DNA of 64,000 nt from an uncultured Nitrospiraceae bacterium (GTDB lineage Bacteria; Nitrospirota; Thermodesulfovibrionia; Thermodesulfovibrionales; UBA9159): NCBI GenBank assembly GCA_964475485.1, contig CAYYWY010000003.1, positions 10,485-74,484 on the forward strand, written 5' to 3'. The position numbers and the translations under genes were made by a program. This document shows, one piece after another, positions 50,729 through 61,104 of this stretch; positions within the stretch are counted from its first letter, which is position 1; every line of letters begins with the position of its first letter. The notes beneath the pieces were generated by a model, which ran no database searches, was not told the origin of the DNA, and was given only the letters and a program-made list of their open reading frames with translations.

Positions 50729-52303
50729 GTGATGGAACTTAAGAACAATGAGATGGAGAAACTCTATGCGGAGAGTATTCATCAGATCGAAGAAGGATCC
50801 ATCCTGCAGGGTACGGTTGTCTATGTAAAGCAGGATGGGGTCATAGTGGACATCGGCTACAAGTCGGAGGGCTTTATCCCCTCCGAGGAATTCTCTCCCG
50901 ATGAGCTTTCCCGTCTCAGTCCCGGCGACGTCATCGAGGCGTACGTTGTCGACATCCAGGACTCGGAGGGGGTAGTTACCCTTTCGAAGGAAAAGGCGAC
51001 AAAGATAAAAGCGTGGGATATCATCGAGTCCGCCTACCAGAAAGGTACCGTGGTGGATGGTAATATCTGCGGCAAGACAAAGGGCGGGCTGAATGTCGAC
51101 ATTATGAACGTAAAGGCTTTCCTGCCCGGCTCGCAGATCGACATCAAGGCGGTCAAGGATGTGGATAGCCTCATCGGCAAGACCATGAGTTTCAAGATCC
51201 TGAAGCTGAACAACAAACGCTCAAATATCATCGTCTCCCGCAGGGCTGCCCTGGAAGAGGAGAGGCAGAGGAAGAAACAAGTGACGCTGGCGAAACTGAA
51301 GGAGGGCACGATCCTTGAAGGCGTAGTGAAGAACATCACGGATTACGGGGTTTTTGTTGACCTCGGGGGGATAGACGGCCTGCTCCACATATCTGACATC
51401 TCATGGGGAAGGATAGCCCATCCTACGGAGTTCTTTGCGGTGGGAGATACCGTAGAGGTGATCGTTCTCAAGTACGACGAGGAACATGAGCGGGTCACCC
51501 TCGGGTACAAGCAGAAGAAGGTTGATCCGTGGCTTTCGGTGGACGAGAAGTATCCCGTTGGCGAGAAGGTGAAAGGGAAGGTCGTGAGCATTACGGATTA
51601 CGGCGCCTTTGTTGAACTGGAGGAGGGAATAGAGGGACTCGTCCACGTCTCGGAGCTGGATTGGTCTGCAAGGCCGAAGCACCCATCGAAGTATCTCACG
51701 ATCGGCGAAACCGTTGATGCGGTTGTCCTGAGGGTCGACAAGAATGAAAGGCGCATATCTTTGAGCGTTAAGCAGCTGAAGCCGAGCCCCTGGGAGCTTG
51801 TCTCCCAGAGGTACAGCGCCGGCCAGAGAATAACAGGGAAGATAAGGAGCGTGACCGAGTTCGGCGCCTTCGTCGGACTGCCAGAAGGAGTGGATGGGCT
51901 TGTTCACATATCCGATATCTCATGGACAAAACATATCAAGCATCCGTCCGAGGTTCTGAAGAAGGGGCAGAAGGTGGATGCGGTGGTGTTAAGCCTCGAG
52001 CCTGAAAAGGAAAGGATCGCGCTCGGCATTAAGCAGTTGTCTCCGGACCCATGGTCTAAGGAGATACCGGAGCGGTTTAAGCTCGGGGATGAGGTCAGGT
52101 GCCGCGTGCTGAAGAGCACTGATTTCGGAATATTCGTCGAGATCGAAGGTGAAGTCGAAGGGCTGATCTACTCCTCGGAGGTCGTGAAACGGGAGGAGCC
52201 CCTGAAGGAGGGCGATGAGATACGGGCGAGGATAATAAAGGTCGATGTGGAAGAGAGAAAGATCGGCCTCAGCATGAAACACGTAAAGGGCGAGCAGCGG
52301 TGA
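50729..52303 (+). CDS. rpsA: 30S ribosomal protein S1
   Basis: 524 aa with six S1/OB repeats (recurring G.V..I..G.FV.L..G..GL.H.S). Start is GTG 50729 or ATG 50732. Confidence 0.95.
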   Translation: MMELKNNEMEKLYAESIHQIEEGSILQGTVVYVKQDGVIVDIGYKSEGFIPSEEFSPDELSRLSPGDVIEAYVVDIQDSEGVVTLSKEKATKIKAWDIIESAYQKGTVVDGNICGKTKGGLNVDIMNVKAFLPGSQIDIKAVKDVDSLIGKTMSFKILKLNNKRSNIIVSRRAALEEERQRKKQVTLAKLKEGTILEGVVKNITDYGVFVDLGGIDGLLHISDISWGRIAHPTEFFAVGDTVEVIVLKYDEEHERVTLGYKQKKVDPWLSVDEKYPVGEKVKGKVVSITDYGAFVELEEGIEGLVHVSELDWSARPKHPSKYLTIGETVDAVVLRVDKNERRISLSVKQLKPSPWELVSQRYSAGQRITGKIRSVTEFGAFVGLPEGVDGLVHISDISWTKHIKHPSEVLKKGQKVDAVVLSLEPEKERIALGIKQLSPDPWSKEIPERFKLGDEVRCRVLKSTDFGIFVEIEGEVEGLIYSSEVVKREEPLKEGDEIRARIIKVDVEERKIGLSMKHVKGEQR

Positions 52304-53148
52304 AGAAGGGCTGTCTCGTATTCATCGGTCTCATAATCGTTCTGGCTCTCCTGAGCCTGATGATCGCCCTGCTTCAGAAAGGGATGCCCATAGGGGAAAA
52401 GGTTGCCATTGTGAGGATCGAGGGGCCGATAATCGATTCGAAGAATGCCGTTGATGAGATAAAGGACTATGCGAAGGACCCCTCGGTGAAGGCTATTGTC
52501 CTGCGAATCGACAGCCCCGGAGGGGCTGTCGCCCCTTCACAGGAGATATACGAAGAAGTGAGAAAGGCTTTGGCGAAGAAGAAGGTGGTAGTCTCGATGG
52601 GTTCCCTGGCCACCTCCGGCGGATATTACATCTCTTCACCTGCTTCGAGGATAATTGCTAACCCTGGCACCCTGACCGGGTCGATCGGCGTGATCATGGA
52701 GATTCCCAACATCGAGGGACTCATGAATAAGGTAGGGGTGAAGACAGAGGTGATAAAGAGCGGCAAGCATAAGGATATGGCATCAGTATTCAGGGGGGTA
52801 GGAAGGGAGGAAAGGCTGATCCTCCAGGGTGTGATCGACGATGTCCACGAGCAGTTCATAAAGGCGGTCGCGGAGGGCAGGAAGATGCCGGTCGATGAAG
52901 TCCGAAAGCTCGCGGATGGGAGGATATTTACGGGACAGCAAGCCCTTAAGTCGGGACTTGTGGATGAACTCGGCAACCTTGATGATTCTGTGAAGGCAGC
53001 CGGCAAGCTTGCGGGAATCAAGGGCGAACCTGAAGTCGTGACGAAGAAGGACAGGCTTTCCCTGCTGGATCTGCTAAGGGGCAAGATCCCCAAGGAACTC
53101 TCCGACATGTTTCCCTCGGTGAAAATAAAGTACGTATTCGCACCGTAA
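52300..53148 (+). CDS. sppA: signal peptide peptidase SppA (36K type, S49)
   Basis: 282 aa. N-terminal TM, IDSPGG, Ser nucleophile context SLATSGGYY, and Lys in KSGKHKD. GTGA overlap with rpsA. Confidence 0.9.
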   Translation: MKKGCLVFIGLIIVLALLSLMIALLQKGMPIGEKVAIVRIEGPIIDSKNAVDEIKDYAKDPSVKAIVLRIDSPGGAVAPSQEIYEEVRKALAKKKVVVSMGSLATSGGYYISSPASRIIANPGTLTGSIGVIMEIPNIEGLMNKVGVKTEVIKSGKHKDMASVFRGVGREERLILQGVIDDVHEQFIKAVAEGRKMPVDEVRKLADGRIFTGQQALKSGLVDELGNLDDSVKAAGKLAGIKGEPEVVTKKDRLSLLDLLRGKIPKELSDMFPSVKIKYVFAP

Positions 53149-53230
53149 AGAAGAGGTCAAGGCTAAGGATAAGATTAGGGAAACCTCAGCCTTAACCCTA
53201 TCATAAATCGAATCTCTTGGAGGAGGTTTT

Positions 53231-53509
53231 ATGACAAAATCTGTCCTTATCGACAAGGTGGCGGAAAAGGTTGAAGGCCTTACAAGGAAACAGACGGAGA
53301 TCATCGTGGACACGGTCTTCGAAGGGATAAAGGAGGCCCTTGCAAAGGGGGAGAAGATCGAGATAAGGGGATTCGGAAACTTCAGACTGAAGCAGAGAAG
53401 GCCCAGAAGGGCGAGAAATCCCAAGACAGGGGAAAGCGTGGACGTCCCTGCAAAGAGGGTTCTCTATTTCAAGGTGGGCAAGGCGCTCAGGGACGCCCTG
53501 AACGCATAG
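53231..53509 (+). CDS. ihfB: integration host factor beta-like (HU/IHF family) DNA-binding protein
   Basis: 92 aa with IEIRGFGNF, RNPKTGESV and YFKVGKALRD. rpsA-ihfB adjacency as in E. coli. The subunit assignment is tentative. Confidence 0.8.
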   Translation: MTKSVLIDKVAEKVEGLTRKQTEIIVDTVFEGIKEALAKGEKIEIRGFGNFRLKQRRPRRARNPKTGESVDVPAKRVLYFKVGKALRDALNA

Positions 53510-53533
53510 AGAAAAGAGAACATCTGATTATTG

Positions 53534-53566
53534 AAGGCCGGGGGTCATTATACCCCCGGCCTTTTA
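53534..53566. terminator. intrinsic terminator after ihfB (bidirectional context)
   Basis: AAGGCCGGGGGT-cattat-ACCCCCGGCCTT followed by TTTAT. The stem is 11-12 bp and GC-rich. Confidence 0.8.
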
Positions 53567-53606
53567 TCGGGCAGTAGCCGATCACCCTGCACCAATGTCG
53601 AGCGCT

Positions 53607-54251
53607 CTATAAGGAGGGTTCCTCGGACATCCGGAGCAGCTTGACCACTTCATCGTCCGGGACCTGAGCGAAATCCTGGTAATAACCGCCCACCGCCATG
53701 AAATCTTCAGGTGTCAGAAGGCATATGAACTCATCTACCATCTTCCTCAGTTCCTTCGCCGTGTCCGGGGGTGCAACGGGAAGGGCTGCAACTAGCCTTT
53801 TTATCTTATCCTTATTCAGTGTAGCGATGGCCGCCTTGATGGTGGCGCCAGTAGCAACACCGTCATCCACAAGGATGATGATCTTTGAGTCGAGGTTCGA
53901 GATCTTCTTCCCCTGACGGTAAAGCAGTACCCTCCTTGCTATCTCCTCCTTCTGTCTGGCAACTTCTTTTTTAATGAAATCATCGGAAAGACGCAGGGTG
54001 GATACGATATGTTCGTTAAGGACGAGGGTTCCTGTCTCCGATACAGCGCCGGCTGCGAGTTCGGGCTGCCACGGCACGCCTATCTTGCGCACGATGAGGA
54101 CATCCAGAGTCAAATTGAGCGAACGGGCGATCTCGAATCCCGTCACAACGCCTCCTCTTGGAAGGGCGAGCACCAGCGCCTCGGCATTATTCCTGTAATG
54201 CAGCAGCTTCTCCGCGAGCCTGTTGCCTGCATCCGCCCTGTTACGGAACAT
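53607..54251 (-). CDS. phosphoribosyltransferase-family protein
   Basis: 214 aa. FRNRADAGNRLA opening, LALPRGGV, and the PRPP-binding loop IILVDDGVATGAT. Confidence 0.8.
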   Translation of the reverse strand: MFRNRADAGNRLAEKLLHYRNNAEALVLALPRGGVVTGFEIARSLNLTLDVLIVRKIGVPWQPELAAGAVSETGTLVLNEHIVSTLRLSDDFIKKEVARQKEEIARRVLLYRQGKKISNLDSKIIILVDDGVATGATIKAAIATLNKDKIKRLVAALPVAPPDTAKELRKMVDEFICLLTPEDFMAVGGYYQDFAQVPDDEVVKLLRMSEEPSL

Positions 54252-54257
54252 CCCCTC

Positions 54258-54902
54258 TCACCTAAGGTATTTTTTGAACCAGTCTGCGGCAAGCCTGGCG
54301 ACTTCCTCCAACGTTCCTGGCTCTTCAAAGAGGTGTGTCGCCCCGGGCACGATTCTGAGGTCCTTTTCCGCCTTTATCAGTCCGAAGGCCTTCTCGTTGA
54401 GCCTGATGACAATATCGTCGCGTCCTCCGACGATCAGGAGAGTGGGGGAGGAGACGTCAGCAAGCTTATCTTCTGCAAGGTCCGGACGGCCGCCGCGGGA
54501 AACCACTGCCCTGATGATCTTGCCGAGATCTGCCGCAGCGTTGAGAGCGGCAGCGGCTCCGGTACTCGCCCCGAAGTAGCCGATGTGCAGATTCATTGTC
54601 TGTGGCCGGTCGCTTACCCATTTTGTCGCCGCTTTCAGCCGTTCGGTGAGAAGGCCGATGTCGAAGCGGTTCTCATAAACAATATCCTCCTCCCTCGTCA
54701 GCAGGTCGAAGAGAAAGGTGCCGATACCCTCATTGTTTAGAGCGCCGGCTACGAATATGTTCCTCCTGCTGTGCCTGCTGCTTCCGCTTCCGTGGGCGAA
54801 AATCACTACAGCATCGGTTCCGTGTGGAAGGGCAATGACCCCTTCGAGTTTCACTGAACCTGCGGGGACGTGCACCAGCTGCCTAGAGACATCATCAGTC
54901 AT
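54258..54902 (-). CDS. dienelactone hydrolase-like alpha/beta hydrolase
   Basis: 214 aa. VIFAHGSGSSRHSRRN and nucleophile elbow GYFGASTGAAAAL. Ends 6 nt upstream of the PRTase gene. Confidence 0.8.
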   Translation of the reverse strand: MTDDVSRQLVHVPAGSVKLEGVIALPHGTDAVVIFAHGSGSSRHSRRNIFVAGALNNEGIGTFLFDLLTREEDIVYENRFDIGLLTERLKAATKWVSDRPQTMNLHIGYFGASTGAAAALNAAADLGKIIRAVVSRGGRPDLAEDKLADVSSPTLLIVGGRDDIVIRLNEKAFGLIKAEKDLRIVPGATHLFEEPGTLEEVARLAADWFKKYLR

Positions 54903-54988
54903 TTCCCGCCTCTTCTATCTGTATTATACACTTAACAACAGCGTATCCCTGATATAGGAGCTTGTCAAGAGAGAGCAGCCGTCATTTA

Positions 54989-55016
54989 TTGACAGCGCTT
55001 TGGATTCAGATAAAAT
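54989..55016 (+). promoter_or_regulatory. sigma70-type promoter placed for a leaderless nifU transcript
   Basis: TTGACA (54989-54994), a 16-nt spacer, then TAAAAT (55011-55016). The nifU ATG at 55023 is 7 nt after the -10 box, and no SD is present. Confidence 0.45.
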
Positions 55017-55022
55017 GAAAAT

Positions 55023-55856
55023 ATGTGGGAGTATACGAAGAAGGTCAAGGAGTTCTTCCTCCACCCAAAAAACGTAGGCGAGATAGAAAACCCCGATGCA
55101 GTGGGAGAGGTGGGGAGCATGATCTGCGGAGACGCTCTTAGGCTGACGCTGAAGATCGACAAGGAGACAGGGAGAATCGTAGACGCGAGGTTTCAGACCT
55201 TCGGATGCGCCTCTGCCATCGCGAGTTCATCGGTGCTCACCGAGCTTGTGAAGGGAAAGACGGTGGACGAGGCCCTCAAGATAACGAACCAGGACATCGC
55301 GGAATACCTCGGCGGCCTTCCCAAGGAGAAGATGCACTGCTCGGTCATGGGGAGAGAGGCCCTTGAGGCGGCCATCGCCGACTACCGCGGGGAGAGGAAA
55401 CCGCCGGAAGCGGAAGAAAAGATTATCTGCAAGTGTTTTGAGGTTTCAGAGGATAAGATAAGGAGGGTTGCGATCGAAAACCGTCTCACCACCGTCGAAG
55501 ATATCACCAACTACACGAAGGCTGGAGGGGGATGCGGGGCTTGCGTGCCTTCCATAGAGGCCATACTCAAGGACATCTGGGCGGTGAGGCCGGTCTGTGA
55601 AATGCCTTCCCGTGCCAAGAGACTTACGAACCTCCAGAAGATCGCCCTTATTCAGGCTGTAATCGAAAAGGAGATAAGGCCCAGGCTCCAGGCCGACGGG
55701 GGGGATCTCGAGCTGATAGATATCGACGGAAACAGGGTCATAATCTCTCTAAGGGCGATGTGTGTGGGATGTCCGATGGGAGGCGTAACAGTCGGAGGCA
55801 TCCAGGAGAAACTGCGGGAGCTTGTGAGCGAGGATATCGTTGTGGAGGCGGCATGA
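55023..55856 (+). CDS. nifU: Fe-S cluster assembly scaffold NifU (three-domain)
   Basis: 277 aa. IscU-like N-domain ([34 protein letters not shown]), a central BFD-like 2Fe-2S domain (GGGCGAC) and a Nfu-like C-domain (CVGCPM). Confidence 0.93.
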   Translation: MWEYTKKVKEFFLHPKNVGEIENPDAVGEVGSMICGDALRLTLKIDKETGRIVDARFQTFGCASAIASSSVLTELVKGKTVDEALKITNQDIAEYLGGLPKEKMHCSVMGREALEAAIADYRGERKPPEAEEKIICKCFEVSEDKIRRVAIENRLTTVEDITNYTKAGGGCGACVPSIEAILKDIWAVRPVCEMPSRAKRLTNLQKIALIQAVIEKEIRPRLQADGGDLELIDIDGNRVIISLRAMCVGCPMGGVTVGGIQEKLRELVSEDIVVEAA

Positions 55857-57025
55857 AGCCGATCTATCTTGACAACAATGCTACAACGGCCGTTGCACAG
55901 GAGGTTACCGAAGCGCTGCTCCCCTATCTTGGAGAACTGTATGGGAATCCTTCCAGCATGCATACCTTCGGAGGGCATCTTTACAGGAAGATAGAGGAAG
56001 CGAGGGCAAAGGTTGCCGTTCTTATCGGCGCCGAACCAGAAGAGATCATCTTCACCAGTTGCGGCACGGAAAGCGACAACACTGCGCTCATGAGCGCCGT
56101 CGAGTCGTACCCGGAGAAGAGGCACGTGGTCACTACAAGGGTGGAACATCCCGCGGTGCTGAATTTCTGCAAGCACCTGGCGAGAAAGGGCTATCGGGTC
56201 ACTTTCCTTCCCGTGGACGCACTGGGAAGGTTCGATATGGACGCTTTCCTTAAGGCTCTCGATGAGGATACGGCTGTGGTCTCTGTGATGTACGCGAACA
56301 ACGAAACGGGCGTGGTGTTCCCCGTACGGGAGATAGGCGAAATCCTTAGGGATAGAAAAATCCTTTTTCACACGGACGCAGTGCAGGCCGTAGGCAAGAT
56401 ACCGGTTGATGTGAAGGTTCTTCCTGTTGATATGCTTTCCCTGTCAGGTCATAAGCTCCATGCTCCCAAGGGCGTGGGAGCCCTCTACGTAAGAAAGGGG
56501 ACGCGGTTTTATCCCTATATCATCGGTGGGCATCAGGAGCGGGGAAGAAGGGCAGGGACGGAGAATGTGGCCTCTATCATTGCCCTCGGAAAGGCCTGCG
56601 AACTGGCCATGGAGAATCTTCCGAGGGAGGGAGATGTGAGAAGGCTGAGGGACAGGCTCGAGACGTCCCTGCTGCAGTGCTGTCCTGACGCAAGGGTAAA
56701 CGGCGATACGCTGCACCGCCTTCCGAACACTACGAACATCAGCTTCGAATACGTTGAGGGAGAAGCGATACTCCTCAGGCTCGATGAATACGGAATCTGC
56801 GCCTCCTCAGGTTCGGCCTGCACATCGGGTTCGCTTGAGCCGAGCCATGTGCTGAGGGCCATGGGCGTGCCCTTTACCGCCGTGCACGGATCAATACGGT
56901 TCTCACTGAGCAGGTATACCACCGATGCTGAGATCGACAGGGTCATTGATGTCATGCCATCCATAATAGGGGAGTTGAGGAGCATCTCCCCGTTTGCCAG
57001 GAAAAAGATCGTCTGCCCGAAGTGA
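55853..57025 (+). CDS. nifS: cysteine desulfurase NifS
   Basis: [15 protein letters not shown]-Lys in [12 protein letters not shown], and catalytic Cys in [13 protein letters not shown] overlap with nifU. Confidence 0.95.
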   Translation: MKPIYLDNNATTAVAQEVTEALLPYLGELYGNPSSMHTFGGHLYRKIEEARAKVAVLIGAEPEEIIFTSCGTESDNTALMSAVESYPEKRHVVTTRVEHPAVLNFCKHLARKGYRVTFLPVDALGRFDMDAFLKALDEDTAVVSVMYANNETGVVFPVREIGEILRDRKILFHTDAVQAVGKIPVDVKVLPVDMLSLSGHKLHAPKGVGALYVRKGTRFYPYIIGGHQERGRRAGTENVASIIALGKACELAMENLPREGDVRRLRDRLETSLLQCCPDARVNGDTLHRLPNTTNISFEYVEGEAILLRLDEYGICASSGSACTSGSLEPSHVLRAMGVPFTAVHGSIRFSLSRYTTDAEIDRVIDVMPSIIGELRSISPFARKKIVCPK

Positions 57026-57160
57026 TCCTGCGTCACCCTGCAAGCGGCAATGACATCTGCACCGATTTGTATTGCGGCGATTCCATTCCGATTCATGGTC
57101 CTCATCTGTTTGGAAAAATTCCGTCCGTTTATGTTAGATTAAATAAATTCCGGAGGTGAA

Positions 57161-58417
57161 ATGCTCAAGGCGGTTGAAGATATAAGCGCGACTAAGAAGC
57201 GTCTCAGGATCGAGATTTCCGCGGATGTCGTCGAGAAGGAGATAAGGGATTCAATTGAGAAGCTGAGGCGCAAGACCACGATTCCGGGTTTCAGAACCGG
57301 CAGGGCGCCTCTTGAGCTCATCGAGAGGAGGTACGGCAAGGAGGTTGAGAAAGACGTCCTTGACCGGATCATCCCCCGGGGATACGTGGAGGCGCTTAAG
57401 GAAGCGGATATAACCCCTATCGCCAATCCCGTATTGGAGGAAAAAGTCGATTTCAAGAGAAATCAGTCCATCTCAATGACGCTTACCGTGGAGGTGATGC
57501 CGAAGATCGACCACCTTCAGTACGAGAATATAGTTGTGAGGGATATACCTGTCAGCGTAAGCGAAGAAGACATAGAAAGCGTCCTGAAGAGGCAGCAGGA
57601 AGAGAAGGCGACGTATGAGCCGTCAGAGGGTCCTGTGGAACTGAACGACCTTGTTGTCATAGACTATTCCATATCCGAGGAGGGCATCGAAGCAAAGGAC
57701 AGGGTGTTCAAGGTGGGGGGCACAATGTTTCCGGAGGATTTCTCGCGGCAACTAATAGGAAGAAGGAAGGGAGAGGAATTCATCGTCGAGACGGCATTCC
57801 CCGATGAGTATCCTTCCGCGAAGCTGGCGGGCAGACGCCTCGCGGTGAAGGTTGCCCTGAAAGACGCAAAGAAGGTTAATCTCCCCGCGATTGACGATGA
57901 GCTCGCAAAAGACGTTGGTTTTGAGAACCTGGAGGAGATGAGAAAACGCATCGCGGATGAGATTGAGAAGGCGAAGAAGAACGAGGTGGCGAAGATACAG
58001 AAGGCGGAAATCATAAGGAAACTTGTGGAGACCCATGAGTTCGATCTGCCCGAGACCCTTGTGGAGAACGAGACCGCGATGCTTGCGTCTGCGACTGTCG
58101 CCAACAGGGAAGGGGGTGCCGGGGAGGCTAAGGATATCGAAACCCTTAAGAAGGAACTGTGGCCGGACGCCGTGAGGAATGTGAAGGCGTCCCACCTCAT
58201 CGAAACCATAGGGAAGATCCACGGGATAGCTGTGAGTGAGGATGAGATTAAGGGAGCAATACTCTCCCTCTCGCAGAGGCTCTCTGTCCCTGCCGAGAGC
58301 ATTATGAAGTTCTATATTTCAAGGGACGGTTCCCTGGAAGGACTGAGAAATTCACTCTTTGAGGAAAAAGTCCTTGACTTCCTGCTGTCCAAGGCCACAT
58401 TTGAGAAAGGAGAATGA
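57161..58417 (+). CDS. tig: trigger factor
   Basis: 418 aa. The N-terminal ribosome-binding block includes PGFRTGRAP. Sits in the canonical tig-clpP-clpX context. Confidence 0.95.
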   Translation: MLKAVEDISATKKRLRIEISADVVEKEIRDSIEKLRRKTTIPGFRTGRAPLELIERRYGKEVEKDVLDRIIPRGYVEALKEADITPIANPVLEEKVDFKRNQSISMTLTVEVMPKIDHLQYENIVVRDIPVSVSEEDIESVLKRQQEEKATYEPSEGPVELNDLVVIDYSISEEGIEAKDRVFKVGGTMFPEDFSRQLIGRRKGEEFIVETAFPDEYPSAKLAGRRLAVKVALKDAKKVNLPAIDDELAKDVGFENLEEMRKRIADEIEKAKKNEVAKIQKAEIIRKLVETHEFDLPETLVENETAMLASATVANREGGAGEAKDIETLKKELWPDAVRNVKASHLIETIGKIHGIAVSEDEIKGAILSLSQRLSVPAESIMKFYISRDGSLEGLRNSLFEEKVLDFLLSKATFEKGE

Positions 58418-58418
58418 G

Positions 58419-59009
58419 GTGAGTCTTATACCTATTGTGATTGAACAGACGGGGCGCACCGAAAGGGCGTATGACATATACTCGAGGCTCCTGAAAGACA
58501 GGATCATATTCATCGGGACCGGCATTGACGATAACGTTGCAAATACTGTAATTGCGCAGCTGCTCTTCCTTCAGACGGAAGACCCGGACAAGGATATCCA
58601 TCTCTATATCAATTCACCGGGCGGTATCGTGTCCTCGGGACTTGCCATATACGACACCATGCAGTACGTGAAATCCGATATCGCAACTTACTGCATCGGA
58701 CAGGCGGCGAGCATGGGGGCGCTGCTTCTTGCCGCGGGGACGAGGGGGAAGCGGTTTGCGCTGCCTCATGCAAGGGTGATGATCCATCAGCCCATGGGAG
58801 GCTTCCAAGGCCAGGCCGCGGATATCGAGATTCACGCAAGGGAGATCCTGAGGATAAAGGATACCCTTAACAGTATCTTCGCATCCCATACGGGGCAGCC
58901 TCTCGAAAAGATACAGACCGATACGGACCGGGATTTCTTTATGTCGGGTGAAGAGGCCAGGGAATACGGCATTGTGGATGAGGTCATCCGCAGCGCCAAG
59001 AAGAAGTAA
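58419..59009 (+). CDS. clpP: ATP-dependent Clp protease proteolytic subunit
   Basis: [22 protein letters not shown], Ser in GQAASMGA and His in MIHQP. GTG 58419 follows RBS GAAAGGAG; the ORF track opens at 58359. Confidence 0.95.
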   Translation: MSLIPIVIEQTGRTERAYDIYSRLLKDRIIFIGTGIDDNVANTVIAQLLFLQTEDPDKDIHLYINSPGGIVSSGLAIYDTMQYVKSDIATYCIGQAASMGALLLAAGTRGKRFALPHARVMIHQPMGGFQGQAADIEIHAREILRIKDTLNSIFASHTGQPLEKIQTDTDRDFFMSGEEAREYGIVDEVIRSAKKK

Positions 59010-59022
59010 CACGGAGGATCGG

Positions 59023-60270
59023 ATGGCAAAGAGGGAAAAAGAGGAAAGAAGGCTCAAGTGCTCATTCTGCGGCAAGGGGCAGGATGAGGTAAGGAAACTC
59101 ATCGCAGGTCCCACGGTCTATATATGCGATGAATGTGTGGAGCTCTGCAACGAGATTATTGCCGAGGAACTTTATTCAGAGACTGCCACCCATGCCCTGC
59201 CTAAGCTCCCCACACCCAAGGAGATACACCAGTTCCTCGGTGATTTCGTAATCGGGCAGGAGAAGGCGAAGAAGATACTTTCCGTGGCGGTCCATAATCA
59301 TTACAAGAGGATCTACAGCCCGAGCGCCGCAGACGTCGAATTGCAGAAGAGCAACATTCTCCTCATCGGTCCCACGGGAACAGGCAAGACCCTTCTTGCA
59401 CAGACCCTTGCGAAATTGCTGGATGTCCCCTTCACCATCGCGGATGCAACCACCCTGACAGAGGCGGGATATGTGGGAGAGGACGTGGAAAACATCATAC
59501 TCAAACTCCTCCAGGCATCCGATTATGACGTGGAAAGGGCCCAGAGGGGGATCGTCTACATCGATGAGATAGATAAGATCAGCAGGAAGTCCGAGAACCC
59601 TTCAATCACTAGGGATGTCTCGGGCGAGGGGGTGCAGCAGGCCCTCCTGAAGATCATCGAGGGCACCATGGCGAACATTCCTCCCCAGGGGGGACGGAAG
59701 CACCCGCAGCAGGAATTCATACAGGTGGATACCACTAATATCCTCTTCATATGCGGCGGCGCCTTTGTGGGGCTTGACGGCATAGTGGAGCAAAGGACCG
59801 GCAAGAAGACCCTGGGATTCGGTGCTGAGGTGATTGGCGCCAAGGAAAGGAAGCTGGGCAATGTGCTCGGCCTCGTTGAGCCGGAAGACCTGATCAAGTA
59901 CGGCATGATCCCCGAGTTTGTGGGAAGACTTCCGGTAGTCGCCATACTGGAGGAGCTGGATGAGGCTGCGCTCATTAAGATTCTCACGGAACCTAAGAAC
60001 TCCCTCATAAAGCAGTACCAGAGGCTTTTGTCGTTCGACAACGTCCGCCTAAGATTCACTGAAGGCGCCCTTGCCGCAATCGCAAAAAGGGCGATTCAGA
60101 GGAAAACAGGGGCGAGGGGGCTTCGCGCGATCCTCGAGGAGATTATGCTTGACGTGATGTATGAGATTCCTTCCCAGAAGGGGATAAAGGAATGCCTCGT
60201 CAATGATGATACGATTGTGAAGAAAGAAAGGCCGATCCTGATTTACGAAAGGCAGGCCGAATCGGCGTAA
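59023..60270 (+). CDS. clpX: ATP-dependent Clp protease ATP-binding subunit ClpX
   Basis: Zinc ribbon CSFCGK...CDECV, Walker A GPTGTGKT, and the IGF-like loop region. ATG 59023 follows GGAGGA. Confidence 0.97.
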   Translation: MAKREKEERRLKCSFCGKGQDEVRKLIAGPTVYICDECVELCNEIIAEELYSETATHALPKLPTPKEIHQFLGDFVIGQEKAKKILSVAVHNHYKRIYSPSAADVELQKSNILLIGPTGTGKTLLAQTLAKLLDVPFTIADATTLTEAGYVGEDVENIILKLLQASDYDVERAQRGIVYIDEIDKISRKSENPSITRDVSGEGVQQALLKIIEGTMANIPPQGGRKHPQQEFIQVDTTNILFICGGAFVGLDGIVEQRTGKKTLGFGAEVIGAKERKLGNVLGLVEPEDLIKYGMIPEFVGRLPVVAILEELDEAALIKILTEPKNSLIKQYQRLLSFDNVRLRFTEGALAAIAKRAIQRKTGARGLRAILEEIMLDVMYEIPSQKGIKECLVNDDTIVKKERPILIYERQAESA

Positions 60271-60291
60271 AGAGGCAAATCCCGAACCTGC

Positions 60292-60735
60292 TCAGGATTT
60301 GGTATGCTTTCTTGCGAGCGCTTTTGCCATCGCCTGTCTGATAGTCTCCCTCAGGGAGTCGTCCTTGACGCCGGAGACGACGGTCTCGATCTGCAGAAGC
60401 TCATCCATTCCAAGGGTCGCTTTGAGGTGAGGTCTTTCTTTCAGGTTTCTGTTTGCCGCATTCACCCTTCCATGCCTGAACCGGATGGAAATCACGCCGA
60501 AGGGATTAACCTTCTTAAGGATGTCCGTCTTCAGGAGAGTGAGCTGCTGAAGCCAGACGGGCGAGTCCACATTGATGAGCAGTTCGCCGTTTTTCAGGCC
60601 GGCGGGTGACATGTGAAGAGACAGCGGTTCGCGAAATATATTCCTCCAGTCCCTTCGTATTATCTCGAGCTTGACCGCCTCTTCCATCCCCGATCCCTTG
60701 AGGAAGGGAGAGATGAGGGCGCCAATCCTCTTCAC
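60292..60735 (-). CDS. DUF721 (DciA-like, putative replicative helicase loader) protein
   Basis: The pattern [50 protein letters not shown] fits the DUF721 consensus. Start is either GTG 60735 (GTGA overlap with the rpmB stop) or ATG 60777. Confidence 0.7.
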   Translation of the reverse strand: MKRIGALISPFLKGSGMEEAVKLEIIRRDWRNIFREPLSLHMSPAGLKNGELLINVDSPVWLQQLTLLKTDILKKVNPFGVISIRFRHGRVNAANRNLKERPHLKATLGMDELLQIETVVSGVKDDSLRETIRQAMAKALARKHTKS

Positions 60736-60920
60736 ACCGCCTTCTTCACCAGTCCCGAGCGGAGACACCTGGTGCAAACATACTCCCGTCTCACACTATT
60801 ATTGACGTTGATGCGGGTCCTCTGGAGATTGGGCAGGACCTCGCGCTTTGTCCTGTTGTTTGCATGACTGACGTTGTTACCTTTTACTCTTCCTTTCCCG
60901 CACACATAACATGTGGCCAT
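60732..60920 (-). CDS. rpmB: 50S ribosomal protein L28
   Basis: 62 aa. C.VCGKG...[13 protein letters not shown] is the typical L28 core. Confidence 0.93.
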   Translation of the reverse strand: MATCYVCGKGRVKGNNVSHANNRTKREVLPNLQRTRINVNNSVRREYVCTRCLRSGLVKKAV

Positions 60921-61104
60921 TCACTTATCCTCCGTTTTCTTCTTCAATAATCTCTTTGCGCGCCCATGACTAAAAATTGCATTAAAGAGCGGTTTTATGA
61001 TAACATTTTACTTTAAAGGTTACAAGGGTCAGGACGCTTTTGTAACAACGTGTAAGAGGAAGCGGACATCCCTCGGATTTCTCGCGGATGGAGGTTTTGC
61101 TTAA

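Noticed and set aside
49798-50748. 316-aa minus-strand ORF opposite ispH
   Set aside because: It is antisense to an ispH gene with all three cluster cysteines intact. Its composition is typical of shadow ORFs in GC-balanced coding DNA.
54009-54740. 243-aa plus-strand ORF opposite the PRTase and DLH genes
   Set aside because: It crosses the boundary between two well-supported minus-strand genes, so it is a shadow ORF.
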